Source: Candidatus Aminicenantes bacterium
GTDB lineage: Bacteria; Acidobacteriota; Aminicenantia; Aminicenantales; Saccharicenantaceae
Direction of reading: 5' to 3'
DNA: 64,000 bases
Assembly (NCBI GenBank): GCA_963784525.1
Contig: CAWART010000001.1
Location: 192,767-256,766, forward strand
Shown: positions 19,436 through 28,482 of the stretch, piece by piece
How positions within the stretch are numbered: position 1 is the first letter of the stretch
Layout of the letters: the number at the start of each line of letters is the position of its first letter
Notes under the pieces: generated by a model
The model's database searches: none
Seen by the model: the letters and a program-made list of their open reading frames with translations, nothing else
Told to the model about the DNA's origin: nothing
Program-made: the position numbers and the translations under genes

Positions 19436-19789
19436 ATGGCCAGGATCCAAGCCTTTTGCGGCCTTGACTGCGGGGAATGCGAAGCCTATGTCGCCACTCA
19501 AAAGGACGACAGGACGGGCCTCGAGGCGGTGGCGAAACAATGGGCCGCGCAGTACGGCGCCAAGGCCATCAGCGCCGAGATGTGCGTCTGCGACGGCTGT
19601 TCGTCGGGAAAGCGGGCGGCCTCGGCCCATGCCGCGACGTGCGCCATCCGTATCTGCGCCTCCGGCCGGGGGGTGACGACCTGCGCCCACTGCCCGGATT
19701 ACGGCTGTGCCGTCCTGCAGGGTTTCTTCGCCTTCGCCCCCGTCCTCAAGGAAAGGCTGGACGCGATCCGGAAAGAGATGGGCAAATAA
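19436..19789 (+). CDS. DUF3795-like cysteine-rich protein
   Basis: 117 aa with CGLDCGECEAY, CDGC, CAIRICA and CAHCPDYGC spacing typical of DUF3795. GAGGGGGAAAG lies before the ATG. Confidence 0.6.
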   Translation: MARIQAFCGLDCGECEAYVATQKDDRTGLEAVAKQWAAQYGAKAISAEMCVCDGCSSGKRAASAHAATCAIRICASGRGVTTCAHCPDYGCAVLQGFFAFAPVLKERLDAIRKEMGK

Positions 19790-19807
19790 GCCTTCGGCCG
19801 GGCCGCG

Positions 19808-21958
19808 TCAATCGATTTCGATCAGATCGGCCCTCTTCAGGATCCCGAGATAATCGATGATCGCCTGAAGGTCCGAGGGTTTCGGGGACTCGGCGTCCAG
19901 CGTCCTCTTGATATCGAGGGCGGTCCTCTTGCCGTCGATCAGGCGTCGGAGCTCCCAGACGTCGGAGATGCCCTCCTTCAGGATGTATAGGTCCAGGGGC
20001 GACTCGGTCCTCAGGTCCGCGGGGAGCGCGGCCCGGAATCTCATGTAGTCCATGTAGCCTTCCGCCCTGACCTTGTCCTTGCGCCGGGGATGGAGCTTTG
20101 CCGCTTTCGCCTCGAGGGGGGTCAGCGTCAGCTTGCGCACGGGCGGCACACCAAGTCTGTCGGCGACGGCCGCCATGTGGGCCTTGAGGGCGGCTTTGGC
20201 AGAAGCTCCGGACCCGTCGACGGCTTCGCCCAGCCGGGAAATGTGCCTGGCGAGCCGGGGCGCGCCCGGCGCCAGCTCGAGGACGGATGCGAGGGTGGCC
20301 TTCTCGTTGGCCAGGGCGGCCTCGACCGCGAAGAGGCCCCTCGTGTACGCTTCGACGAAGGTCTCGGGCTTCGCCTCGTCCAGTTCCGCGATCCCGGCCT
20401 GGAGCTGGATGGGAATGCGGCGGGCGCCGTTGGCCGCCGTTTCCGAGGCGATCCGGACGGCCATGGCCTCGTCCGCCGCGGCGACGGTGTAGGCCGCCGC
20501 GGCGCCGATCACCGCCGCCCGCTTGAGCTGGGTCGGGTCGGCCTTGTCGGCCACATCCCCCGACGTGTGGTACCACTGGTCCGGCCAGGCGATCATCATG
20601 ACGCCGGGTACGCCTACGCTCCAGTCGTTGAAGACCTCGTGGTCGGAGGACCCGTAATGCCATTCGATGGAGTAGGTGAAGGGCTCGTCGGCGCCGAACG
20701 GGGCCACGACGCGTCCCGGCGTCTCCGTCCCCTTGCCGTGACGGTGGATCCTGTCCCGGTTCCCTTCTCCCACGAAGCGGAAGTAATTCTCGACGACATC
20801 GTTGATGTAATGGGGCATGCCATAGGTCGTCCTCATGAGGTTAAAGGACGACTGGTTGCGGCTCAGCCATTCTCCGACCATGTCCATGTTGATGTTGCAC
20901 AGGGTCTTTGCCATGAGCGCCGGATTGGCCCGGACCCATTTCCCGGTTCCCCCGAATTCCGGGGCCCAGATGAAGCGGATGCCCCGTTTCGGCCGCGGAA
21001 GCCGTCCGTCCGCGATGAGCGTGTTGAGGACCCGCGCGACCTCCAGGATGCAGGCGCTTCCGGAGAGGTTGTCGTTGGCTCCCTGCTTGACGTTCCCTTC
21101 GAACAGGTGGGCGCTGAGGATGATCTCGCCCGCTCCGGGATCCGCGCCAGGGATGAGGGCGACGATGTCCTCAAGATGATAGGGGACTTCCTTCGCCTCG
21201 ACCTGGGCCCGGACGGTGATCGATTCTCCCTCGAGGAGCCTCTTCTTGAGAAGGTCCCCCTCACGGGCGGGAAGGCAGAACCCGAAGACGGGCTTGGACG
21301 GCGCGGAGGAAGGCGGCATGCCGGGGATCGGGGGCATCTTGACCGGGGTCCAGGAAAGCTGCAGCGGGTCGAAGAAAGGACGGAGCATGCTGATGGCGAC
21401 GACGCCGAGCGCCCCCTGTTTCTGGCAAGCCTCCGCCGAGACGGCCAGAATGTTCCCTTCCGTGACGACGATCCTGCCGTCGACCCGGGTCCGTCGGATC
21501 TCCTCGGGAGTGCCTCTGCCGACCCAGACGAGTTCCGCCGTGGTATCGGTGGGCGAGCTCCAGGCGGCGAGCATGGGTACCATGTCGTTGAAGGAAGCGA
21601 GCTTCTCGCGCCGGGGCTTGATCTCCCACAGCTCGCCCTTCGAGGCGTCCCAAGCCTGCCCTTCGGGGTAGCGGAGGACCTCGATCCCGCTGAGGCCATA
21701 GTCCTTGAGGAGACCCGAAACGACCCGCGTTTCAAGGAGCCTGTCGCTGAATTCCTCGGGGCGGCGGTCCCTGTTGAAGGCCGCGATCGACGCGATGGTC
21801 TTCCATGCGGTCTCGCCTGAGGCTTCCCCGATGATCTCGTCCATCTGGGCCTGGGGCAGGAACGTCCACGAGAGCCAGGGGATGGATTGACCTCTTCCCA
21901 TACCGCAGAGCACAAGCATGCCGGCCGTCATCATGATCAGGAAACGATGTGTCTTCAT
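19808..21958 (-). CDS. Secreted M28-family metallopeptidase (aminopeptidase-like, multi-domain)
   Basis: Signal peptide MKTHRFLIMMTAGMLVLCG. Zn-peptidase core SAHLFEGNVKQGANDNLSGSACILEVARVL and SSDHEVFND. GGAGG lies 7 nt before ATG 21958, and TTG 21961 is also open. Confidence 0.7.
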   Translation of the reverse strand: MKTHRFLIMMTAGMLVLCGMGRGQSIPWLSWTFLPQAQMDEIIGEASGETAWKTIASIAAFNRDRRPEEFSDRLLETRVVSGLLKDYGLSGIEVLRYPEGQAWDASKGELWEIKPRREKLASFNDMVPMLAAWSSPTDTTAELVWVGRGTPEEIRRTRVDGRIVVTEGNILAVSAEACQKQGALGVVAISMLRPFFDPLQLSWTPVKMPPIPGMPPSSAPSKPVFGFCLPAREGDLLKKRLLEGESITVRAQVEAKEVPYHLEDIVALIPGADPGAGEIILSAHLFEGNVKQGANDNLSGSACILEVARVLNTLIADGRLPRPKRGIRFIWAPEFGGTGKWVRANPALMAKTLCNINMDMVGEWLSRNQSSFNLMRTTYGMPHYINDVVENYFRFVGEGNRDRIHRHGKGTETPGRVVAPFGADEPFTYSIEWHYGSSDHEVFNDWSVGVPGVMMIAWPDQWYHTSGDVADKADPTQLKRAAVIGAAAAYTVAAADEAMAVRIASETAANGARRIPIQLQAGIAELDEAKPETFVEAYTRGLFAVEAALANEKATLASVLELAPGAPRLARHISRLGEAVDGSGASAKAALKAHMAAVADRLGVPPVRKLTLTPLEAKAAKLHPRRKDKVRAEGYMDYMRFRAALPADLRTESPLDLYILKEGISDVWELRRLIDGKRTALDIKRTLDAESPKPSDLQAIIDYLGILKRADLIEID

Positions 21959-22040
21959 CAATGAGCCTCCATCCGGGTCGCGGGATCCGAGAAACCGCTA
22001 TAGGCTATATACGCGAACGCGCGCCCGGAGTTCTAAATTA

Positions 22041-22110
22041 GGGGACACAATACCCATTTCCCAATTTTCTCCATTCCCTCAGGGAATTGGGAAACGGGTA
22101 TTGTGTCCCC
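22041..22110. repeat. 70-bp palindromic repeat element, copy 1 (26-bp stem, 18-nt loop)
   Basis: GGGGACACAATACCCATTTCCCAATT (22041-22066) pairs with AATTGGGAAACGGGTATTGTGTCCCC (22085-22110) at 25 of 26 positions. It is 64/70 identical, without gaps, to 35913-35982. Confidence 0.9.
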
Positions 22111-22131
22111 GATCGGATGTCCCCGACCGGA

Positions 22132-23613
22132 TCAACCCTCGAGATAATCCGGATCGCGTCCCATGTCCCAGGGGTCCACGCTCGGAAGGCCCAGGATCCG
22201 GTCCGCGGCGTTCAGGCCCATCTTCAGGGCCAGGTCCGAATTGCAGTAGCGGAAAAGACCCGCCCGGCCGACGGTCAGGAGATTGTCGAACCGGACGAGA
22301 TAGTCCCTCACGACCCGGAGGTGTTCCTGGTAATCCCGGTTATAAAGCGGATAGGCGTCGGGCCGGCGCACGACGAAGCCGGCGACGAGCTTCCTTCGGG
22401 AGCCGATCCCGATCCGGGCGAGCTCCCCGAGGGCGAAGTCGATGAGCTCGGGATCGCTCTTGCTCCAGAGGGCGTCGCCCTCGTCGCAAAAATACTCGAG
22501 ACCCAGGGACGTCCTGTCCGGGTCGGCGGTCATGTCCGGACTCCAGTTCTTATAGTTCTGGATCCGTCCCATGCGGACCTCCGGGGAATGGACGTAGATC
22601 CACTGGTCGGGGAACAGGTCCTTTTCGTCGAGGATGACATTGGCCACGAGGTAACTGCGGAACTTCAGCGCGCCGGCCGCCGCCTGAACCGGTTCGGGCG
22701 GCAGGGGCTTGAGGGACCTGACCAGCCGGGGCAGGGGCATGGTCGATACGAAGTGTTCCACCGGGACCATCTCCCGCCCGGGCCACCGGTCGCCCCGCAA
22801 TTCCACGGCCCGGACCCTCCGCCCGTCATGCTCAACTGCCGTCACCGCCGTATCGAACGCGAAGCGGCCGCCCCGTCCGGAGGTCTCGTCCCGGAGCCGG
22901 TCGAAGAATTCCCCGGGCCCGCGCCGCGGGTAGAGGAATTCCTCCGTCAGGGTCTTCGGGCCCGAAGCCCAGGTCCCGAGGATCGCCTGGCGAAGGGCGA
23001 CCCTCAGCGACAGCCCCTGGATTCTTTGCCTCGCCCAGTCGGCCGAGAGGTCCTTGCAGGGGATGGCCCAGACCTTTTGCGTGTACACGTCGAAGAAGAT
23101 CCTGAACAGCCTGCGGCCGAAGCGATTGATGATCCAGCCCTCGAAGGTCCCGTCATCGGCCGGCCGGGACGCCCGGTCCTTGAGATAGCTCGCGACGCAC
23201 AGGGCGCTTTCGACCGGCCCCAGGTTCCTGAACGTATCGAAGAAGGACAACGGGTACTTGAAGAACCGGCCCCGATAGAAGATGCGCGACAGCCTCTTGA
23301 CCCGGAGGAGCTCATCGCCCAGGATCTCCTGCCACAGGGCGTTGACCTCTCCGATCCTGGACAGGAACCTGTGGCCGCCGATATCGAAAAGACAGCCGTC
23401 GAAATCGATGGTCTGACACAGCCCGCCGCACCGGGAGTCCTTCTCGACGACCATCGCCGGCCGGCCCCGGCGGGCGAGCCCCGAGGCGCAGGCCATGCCG
23501 GCGGGCCCGGCCCCGGCAATGACGATTCCCGGGGAAGGCCCTTCCCGGGAGGGCTCTCCCCCGTGAAGCGGGGCCGGGGTCCTGGAGTCTTTGATCATGC
23601 GGGTGGCGGTCAT
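22132..23613 (-). CDS. FAD/NAD(P)-binding oxidoreductase (amine-oxidase / UDP-galactopyranose-mutase-like fold)
   Basis: Rossmann dinucleotide motif VIAGAGPAGMACASGLARRGRPAMVVEKDSRCGGLC, then GGHRF. 493 aa. Substrate unknown. Confidence 0.7.
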   Translation of the reverse strand: MTATRMIKDSRTPAPLHGGEPSREGPSPGIVIAGAGPAGMACASGLARRGRPAMVVEKDSRCGGLCQTIDFDGCLFDIGGHRFLSRIGEVNALWQEILGDELLRVKRLSRIFYRGRFFKYPLSFFDTFRNLGPVESALCVASYLKDRASRPADDGTFEGWIINRFGRRLFRIFFDVYTQKVWAIPCKDLSADWARQRIQGLSLRVALRQAILGTWASGPKTLTEEFLYPRRGPGEFFDRLRDETSGRGGRFAFDTAVTAVEHDGRRVRAVELRGDRWPGREMVPVEHFVSTMPLPRLVRSLKPLPPEPVQAAAGALKFRSYLVANVILDEKDLFPDQWIYVHSPEVRMGRIQNYKNWSPDMTADPDRTSLGLEYFCDEGDALWSKSDPELIDFALGELARIGIGSRRKLVAGFVVRRPDAYPLYNRDYQEHLRVVRDYLVRFDNLLTVGRAGLFRYCNSDLALKMGLNAADRILGLPSVDPWDMGRDPDYLEG

Positions 23614-23651
23614 TGTATTTCAATCAGGGTCGGAGTTCAATCCGCAGGATT

Positions 23652-23680
23652 TTGACAAGCCGGTTTCCCTATGTTATAGG
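23652..23680 (+). promoter_or_regulatory. Sigma70-like promoter TTGACA-17-(TGt)TATAGG for the GT2 gene
   Basis: TTGACA at 23652-23657, a 17-nt spacer ending in TGT (extended -10), TATAGG at 23675-23680. The ATG is at 23699 and there is no obvious SD. Confidence 0.45.
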
Positions 23681-23698
23681 CATCCTATCCGGTCGCCC

Positions 23699-24709
23699 AT
23701 GTCACACAGCCATCCTGTCCTATCCGTCATCGTCCCGGCCCGCAACGCCGAAGCGACGCTCGGGCGGGTCCTGCCCGTCTGGAAAAGTTCCGGGCGGGGG
23801 GACCGCGAGCTCATCGTCGTCGACGACGCTTCGACGGACGGGACCTCGGACACGGCCGCGCGATACGCCGACCGCGTCCTCGAGCTCGCCGAGCGCCGGG
23901 GCCCGGCCGCGGCGCGGAATGCCGGCGCCCGCATCAGCCGGGGGGACATCCTTCTTTTCGTGGATGCCGACGTCAGCGCCCCGGCCGGCTCCGCGGATAT
24001 CGTCGTTCGGGCTTTCAGGGAGAACCCCCACCTGGACGCCGTATTCGGTTCCTACGACGAACGGCCGGCCGAGAAGAACTTCCTGTCGCAGTTCAAGAAC
24101 CTTCTCCATCACTACGTCCACCAGCACGCCTCTGAGGAGGCCGGAACGTTTTGGGCGGGCTGCGGCGCGGTCAGGACGACCGCCTTCCTCGAAGTCGGGG
24201 GATTCTCCGAGGCTTACACCCGTCCTTCCATCGAGGACGTGGAGTTCGGCTACAGGCTCAAGGCCTCGGGGAAGACCATCCGCCTGCTCAAGGCCCTCCA
24301 GGTCACGCACCTCAAAAAATGGACCGTCGCCGGCTTGCTTCGGTCGGATATCACCGGACGCGCCATCCCGTGGACCAGACTGGCCTGCGAGCGCGGCCTT
24401 CCCCGCGACCTCAATTTCCGGATCTCCGACCGCCTGAGCGCCCTCCTCGCCTGGCTGGTCCCGATCGGCCTGGCCGCGGGCGCCCTGTGGCGCTCCTGCG
24501 TCCTTATCGCGGCAGGGGCGTTTTTACTGCTGCTCCTCATCAATCGATCCCTCTATCGGTTCTTCCTGAAAAAACGGGGGTTGGCCTTCGCCGCGGGAAC
24601 CGTTCTCTGGCACGGACTCTATTTGCTTTACGCTTCGGCCATATTCGTCCTGTGGGCTCCGGTTTGTCTGATCAAGAGGATCCTCAGGCCCGGACAGGCT
24701 CGGGGCTGA
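23699..24709 (+). CDS. Glycosyltransferase family 2 with C-terminal transmembrane helices
   Basis: LSVIVPARNAEATL, VVDDASTDGT, LLFVDADV (DxD), SIEDVEFGYRL, then 2-3 hydrophobic helices (LLAWLVPIGLAAGALW..., LYLLYASAIFVLWAPVCL). Confidence 0.8.
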   Translation: MSHSHPVLSVIVPARNAEATLGRVLPVWKSSGRGDRELIVVDDASTDGTSDTAARYADRVLELAERRGPAAARNAGARISRGDILLFVDADVSAPAGSADIVVRAFRENPHLDAVFGSYDERPAEKNFLSQFKNLLHHYVHQHASEEAGTFWAGCGAVRTTAFLEVGGFSEAYTRPSIEDVEFGYRLKASGKTIRLLKALQVTHLKKWTVAGLLRSDITGRAIPWTRLACERGLPRDLNFRISDRLSALLAWLVPIGLAAGALWRSCVLIAAGAFLLLLLINRSLYRFFLKKRGLAFAAGTVLWHGLYLLYASAIFVLWAPVCLIKRILRPGQARG

Positions 24710-24785
24710 GCCGATCCCGGCCCGGGCGAAGCGTATCCCCGACGCCCGGATGACGCCGGCCAAGCGCATCGCTTCCAAGGGGCCG

Positions 24786-25619
24786 TCAGAGCTTCCCCCT
24801 CCGACCACCCCAGGAAAAATAGACGTTGCCCACGACGAGCCAGAAAAGGAAACGCATCCGTTCCGGAAGCCCCAGCCCTTCCCCTTCGCCGACGCGGCGG
24901 AACATCCGGATCTTGATCCGGCCGGGCAAAGGTCGATAGCGGGGGGTCCGGGCGATCAGCCGTCCGTAGGCCGCCATCTTTTGAAACCAGGTCCCGAGGG
25001 TTCGGACCTCGAGATGAATGATCTGCATGTCGGACAGGTAAACGATCCGGGCCGTACGATCGGCGCGCAGGCACCTCTGGACGAACTCGATGTCGCCGGC
25101 GGCCTCGCGTTCGTCGAAGAGCCCCAGGCGGGAGAAGGCCTCTGCCCGGACCGCCATATTGTTGGCCGAGGCGAAAAGATACTCTCGTGGGCCTCGGGCG
25201 CAGAGACTCTCGAGCTTGACGTTCTCGTAACGGCCGAAGAGCCCCAGCATCGGAGAGACGTCCGGAGGGAATCGCGTCCTGCCCACGGCGATGGAGGCTT
25301 CGGAGCCCTCCAGCCCGTCCCGGATCGCCCTCAGCCATCCCCTGGAGACCTCGCAGTCCGCGTCGGTAAAGGCGATGATCCGGCCCCGGGCCATCTTCAG
25401 GGCCTTGTTGCGGGCGGCGTAGACATTAGGGAAGGGGTGATGGATGAGGGTGACGCCCGGAAAGCCGCGGACGATGGCCGCCGATCCGTCCCGGGAGCCG
25501 TTATCGATGAGAATGATCTCATAATCCTCCCGGGGGATGTCCTGGTCCAGCAGGGCGGCCAGACAGCGTCCAAGATAGGCTTCCTCGTCGAGAAAGGGAA
25601 CGATCACGGAAAAGTTCAT
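24786..25619 (-). CDS. Glycosyltransferase family 2
   Basis: MNFSVIVPFLDEEAYLGRCLAALLDQD, ILIDNGSRDGS, AFTDADC. The start ATG 25619 was chosen over the longer ORF (to 25772) because the conserved GT2 N-terminus begins there. Confidence 0.8.
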   Translation of the reverse strand: MNFSVIVPFLDEEAYLGRCLAALLDQDIPREDYEIILIDNGSRDGSAAIVRGFPGVTLIHHPFPNVYAARNKALKMARGRIIAFTDADCEVSRGWLRAIRDGLEGSEASIAVGRTRFPPDVSPMLGLFGRYENVKLESLCARGPREYLFASANNMAVRAEAFSRLGLFDEREAAGDIEFVQRCLRADRTARIVYLSDMQIIHLEVRTLGTWFQKMAAYGRLIARTPRYRPLPGRIKIRMFRRVGEGEGLGLPERMRFLFWLVVGNVYFSWGGRRGKL

Positions 25620-25701
25620 GGATCCTGCGAATCTCCCCGCCCGAAGGGCCGGCGAACGGCGCCGCGAGCCGCGGGCGGTCTTTCCACAATAGTATATCTT
25701 C

Positions 25702-25731
25702 TTGAGGGACTCAAGTCCGCCCATGTATAAT
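25702..25731 (+). promoter_or_regulatory. Sigma70-like promoter TTGAGG-18-TATAAT (TGTATAAT octamer) for the ABC exporter
   Basis: TTGAGG at 25702-25707, TATAAT at 25726-25731. ATG 25730 lies inside the box. ATG 25742 would be about 3-5 nt from the expected transcription start. Confidence 0.35.
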
Positions 25732-27493
25732 GAGCCCGAACATGGTCGGCGAAAACGGCAACAAGAGGGCATCGAGCGCCCTGGGCTATCTCGCCCGTTC
25801 CTATCCCGGCCGGAGCCTTGCCGTCTCGGCCTGCTTTCTCGTCTCCGGCCTGCTTGAGGGGATCGGCATCAGCACGGTCCTGCCTCTCATCAACCTGGTC
25901 GTCCGGGGAAGCCTGGATTCGGCCGGGAAGCTCGGGGGCGCCGTCGAGCGTCTGCTGCTGCTCTTCGGGCTCAAGGCATCGGTCGGCCCGCTCCTCGTCC
26001 TGATCCTGGCGGCCTTCGTTTTCAAAGCGGCCGTCACTTACGCGGCCATGCGCCTGGCGATCACGACGGCCTCCGGGATCGTCATGGAGGTCCGGCGCGC
26101 CTTCCTTCGGTCCCTCCTCGGCGCGCGCTGGGATTATTTCCAGAGCCAGCCCGCTGGAAGGCTGGGCGGCGCCATCAGCCATGAAGCGGAACAGGTGGCC
26201 GACCTTTATCTATGCGCCTGCCGGATGCTGGCGGGGTGGATCCAGGTCGCCATCTACCTCGGCCTGGCCTTCACCATTTCCTGGCGCCTGAGTCTCTGCG
26301 CCGTGGCCGTAGCGGGGCTCGGGTTCGCCGTCCTCATTCGATTCATCGATCGGATGCGACAGGCCTCGACGCGCTTTTACGAACGGATGCGCCTCCTCAT
26401 CAATGCCCTGGTCGACGCCCTGGGGGGACTGAAGCCCCTGAAGGCCATGGGCCTCGAGGCCAGGACCGAGCCCTACCTGGAAGGGGAGATCGCCGCCCTG
26501 GGGATCTATAAGGCCCGGGCGGAGATGAACAGGGTGTCCCTCGATGTGCTGCGCGAGCCGTTCCAGTTGATCATGGCCGGTCTGGGGTTCTTCATCGCTT
26601 ACCGGTTCCTCCGGATCGGATTCGCCGAAATGGCCCTCACGCTCCTGATCTTCATCCGCGTGCTGGACGCCACGACCAGGCTCCAGAGCCAGCACCAGAA
26701 CTTCGCCCGGCTGGAGCCCGCCTTCCACTCCGTCAGGTCCATCATGGACGAAGCGGAGGCGTGGAAGGAGGACCTGGCCGGCGGTCCCTGCCCCGGGCTC
26801 CGGCAGGAGATAAAGCTGAGCGGGGTCACGTTCCGCCGCGGGGCGCGGGTCATCCTGGACGACGTCTCCCTCGAGATCGAAGCCGGCCGGACGACACTTC
26901 TCCAGGGGCCGTCCGGGGCCGGGAAAACCACCATCGTCGATCTCGTGGCCGGGCTCATCCGGCCGGACAGCGGGCAGATCACGATCGACGGGATCCCCCT
27001 GGACCGGATCAGCCTCAAGGCCTGGCGGGCCATGATCGGCTACGTCCCCCAGGAACTATTCCTGTTCCACGGCACGATCCTGAGGAACGTCACCCTGGAC
27101 GACCCGGGGATGGACCGGGAGGCCGTCGAGGCCGCCCTGCGCGCGGCCGGCGCCTGGGAATTCATCCAGGCCCTTCCCGGAGGGCTGATGACGGTCGTCG
27201 GCGAGGCCGGCTCGAAGCTGTCCGGCGGTCAGAGGCAGAGGATCGCCATCGCCCGCGCCCTCCTGCGGAAGCCGCGGCTCCTCGTCCTCGACGAGGCGAC
27301 GTCGGGCCTCGATCCCCGGACGGAGGAGAGCCTCATCCGGACCCTGGAAAAACTGGAGGACCGGCCCGCCGTCCTGGTCGTGTCCCATCGATCGGCCTTC
27401 AGCGGGACCGCGGACGCCATGTACGTCGTCGAAGGACGAAAGGTCGCGCCTGTCGATCCGGCCGCTCCGTCCGCGCGGCCGCGCCCGGCCTAA
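25730..27493 (+). CDS. ABC exporter, fused permease/ATPase (MsbA-like, type IV exporter fold)
   Basis: Six N-terminal TM helices. Walker A GPSGAGKTT, signature LSGGQRQRIAIARAL, Walker B LLVLDEATSGLD. The start may be ATG 25742 if the promoter call is right. Confidence 0.85.
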   Translation: MSPNMVGENGNKRASSALGYLARSYPGRSLAVSACFLVSGLLEGIGISTVLPLINLVVRGSLDSAGKLGGAVERLLLLFGLKASVGPLLVLILAAFVFKAAVTYAAMRLAITTASGIVMEVRRAFLRSLLGARWDYFQSQPAGRLGGAISHEAEQVADLYLCACRMLAGWIQVAIYLGLAFTISWRLSLCAVAVAGLGFAVLIRFIDRMRQASTRFYERMRLLINALVDALGGLKPLKAMGLEARTEPYLEGEIAALGIYKARAEMNRVSLDVLREPFQLIMAGLGFFIAYRFLRIGFAEMALTLLIFIRVLDATTRLQSQHQNFARLEPAFHSVRSIMDEAEAWKEDLAGGPCPGLRQEIKLSGVTFRRGARVILDDVSLEIEAGRTTLLQGPSGAGKTTIVDLVAGLIRPDSGQITIDGIPLDRISLKAWRAMIGYVPQELFLFHGTILRNVTLDDPGMDREAVEAALRAAGAWEFIQALPGGLMTVVGEAGSKLSGGQRQRIAIARALLRKPRLLVLDEATSGLDPRTEESLIRTLEKLEDRPAVLVVSHRSAFSGTADAMYVVEGRKVAPVDPAAPSARPRPA

Positions 27494-28353
27494 GCATCGT
27501 CCTCCAGATACCCCAACGCCAGGAGAAGCGGCTTGATGAGGGCCACGACCTTCCGCAGTTTCCGCCGCGGCTGGGCGAGGTGCTTTTTGACGCCGTCGGT
27601 CCTGACCCGGGAACGAACCCGGGAGACGGCCCCGGAGGGGTCCGGAGCCCCGATGAAGCCGAGCACGCGGCCGGCGGTGCGTTCGAAATCCAGGCAGAGG
27701 TCCTCATAGCGGACCTCGAGGTACCTGTCCCGGAGCATCATGCCGTAGGCCCGGCCGACGAGGACGCTGTTGGCCCAATGCAGGGAGTTGTAGATATGAC
27801 TGTGCCGGCGGTAATCCTTCCAGGTCAAAGGCAGGCGCTGCCAGCTCCTGATGCGGTCGGTGTTGAAATAGACCTTCCGCCAGAACGCCTTGTCCGGGGC
27901 GTGGTGATCGGAGAACGCGACGTCGCGGCCGTCGCGGATGAGGTGGATATAGCGGGCCTTCGGAAAGAGGAAATCGACCACGGGAAGGATATAGCCGGTT
28001 TCGCACAGCTTCCAACCCCACGGTCTATCCCCCGGACAACCCTGGAGGTGCCGCTCCACGGCGTCCCGGGCGAGCCGGGGCAGGACGGGATCGCCCTCCG
28101 CCCGTCCGTCCCACAGGGCCGCGTAATCGGGATAATAGGTCAGGACAAGATGTTGGACGAGCTCGAGCATATCGAGCGAATCGCGTGATTCGTTCTGGTG
28201 CGCTCCCATGAAGACGCCGGCCTCCTCGACCAGCTCGGCCAGCAGGCGGCTTCCCGAGTGCGATTTGTTGAAGATGACGACGGGGCCGGGGCGGTCGCCG
28301 AAGGCCCGGCGGACGACCTCGAGAGGGGGCCCGGCCGGCTCGTTCGCGTTCAT
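27490..28353 (-). CDS. PAPS-dependent sulfotransferase family protein
   Basis: 5'-PSB-like VVIFNKSHSGSRLL, 3'-PB-like YIHLIRDGRDVAFS, and a C-terminal VRYEDL block. Its stop overlaps the stop of the convergent ABC gene by 4 nt. Confidence 0.7.
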   Translation of the reverse strand: MNANEPAGPPLEVVRRAFGDRPGPVVIFNKSHSGSRLLAELVEEAGVFMGAHQNESRDSLDMLELVQHLVLTYYPDYAALWDGRAEGDPVLPRLARDAVERHLQGCPGDRPWGWKLCETGYILPVVDFLFPKARYIHLIRDGRDVAFSDHHAPDKAFWRKVYFNTDRIRSWQRLPLTWKDYRRHSHIYNSLHWANSVLVGRAYGMMLRDRYLEVRYEDLCLDFERTAGRVLGFIGAPDPSGAVSRVRSRVRTDGVKKHLAQPRRKLRKVVALIKPLLLALGYLEDDA

Positions 28354-28482
28354 GATGGATAGGCCTCGCTTGTCAAATGTCCCTGAAAGGCTATATTGTT
28401 ATCATAGTCCGAACGGCTTCTTCAAGCCGCGGCTCGGCTCCGGCCGCGGCCGGCGGGATCGGTCGTTCGGCGGAGACACGAG

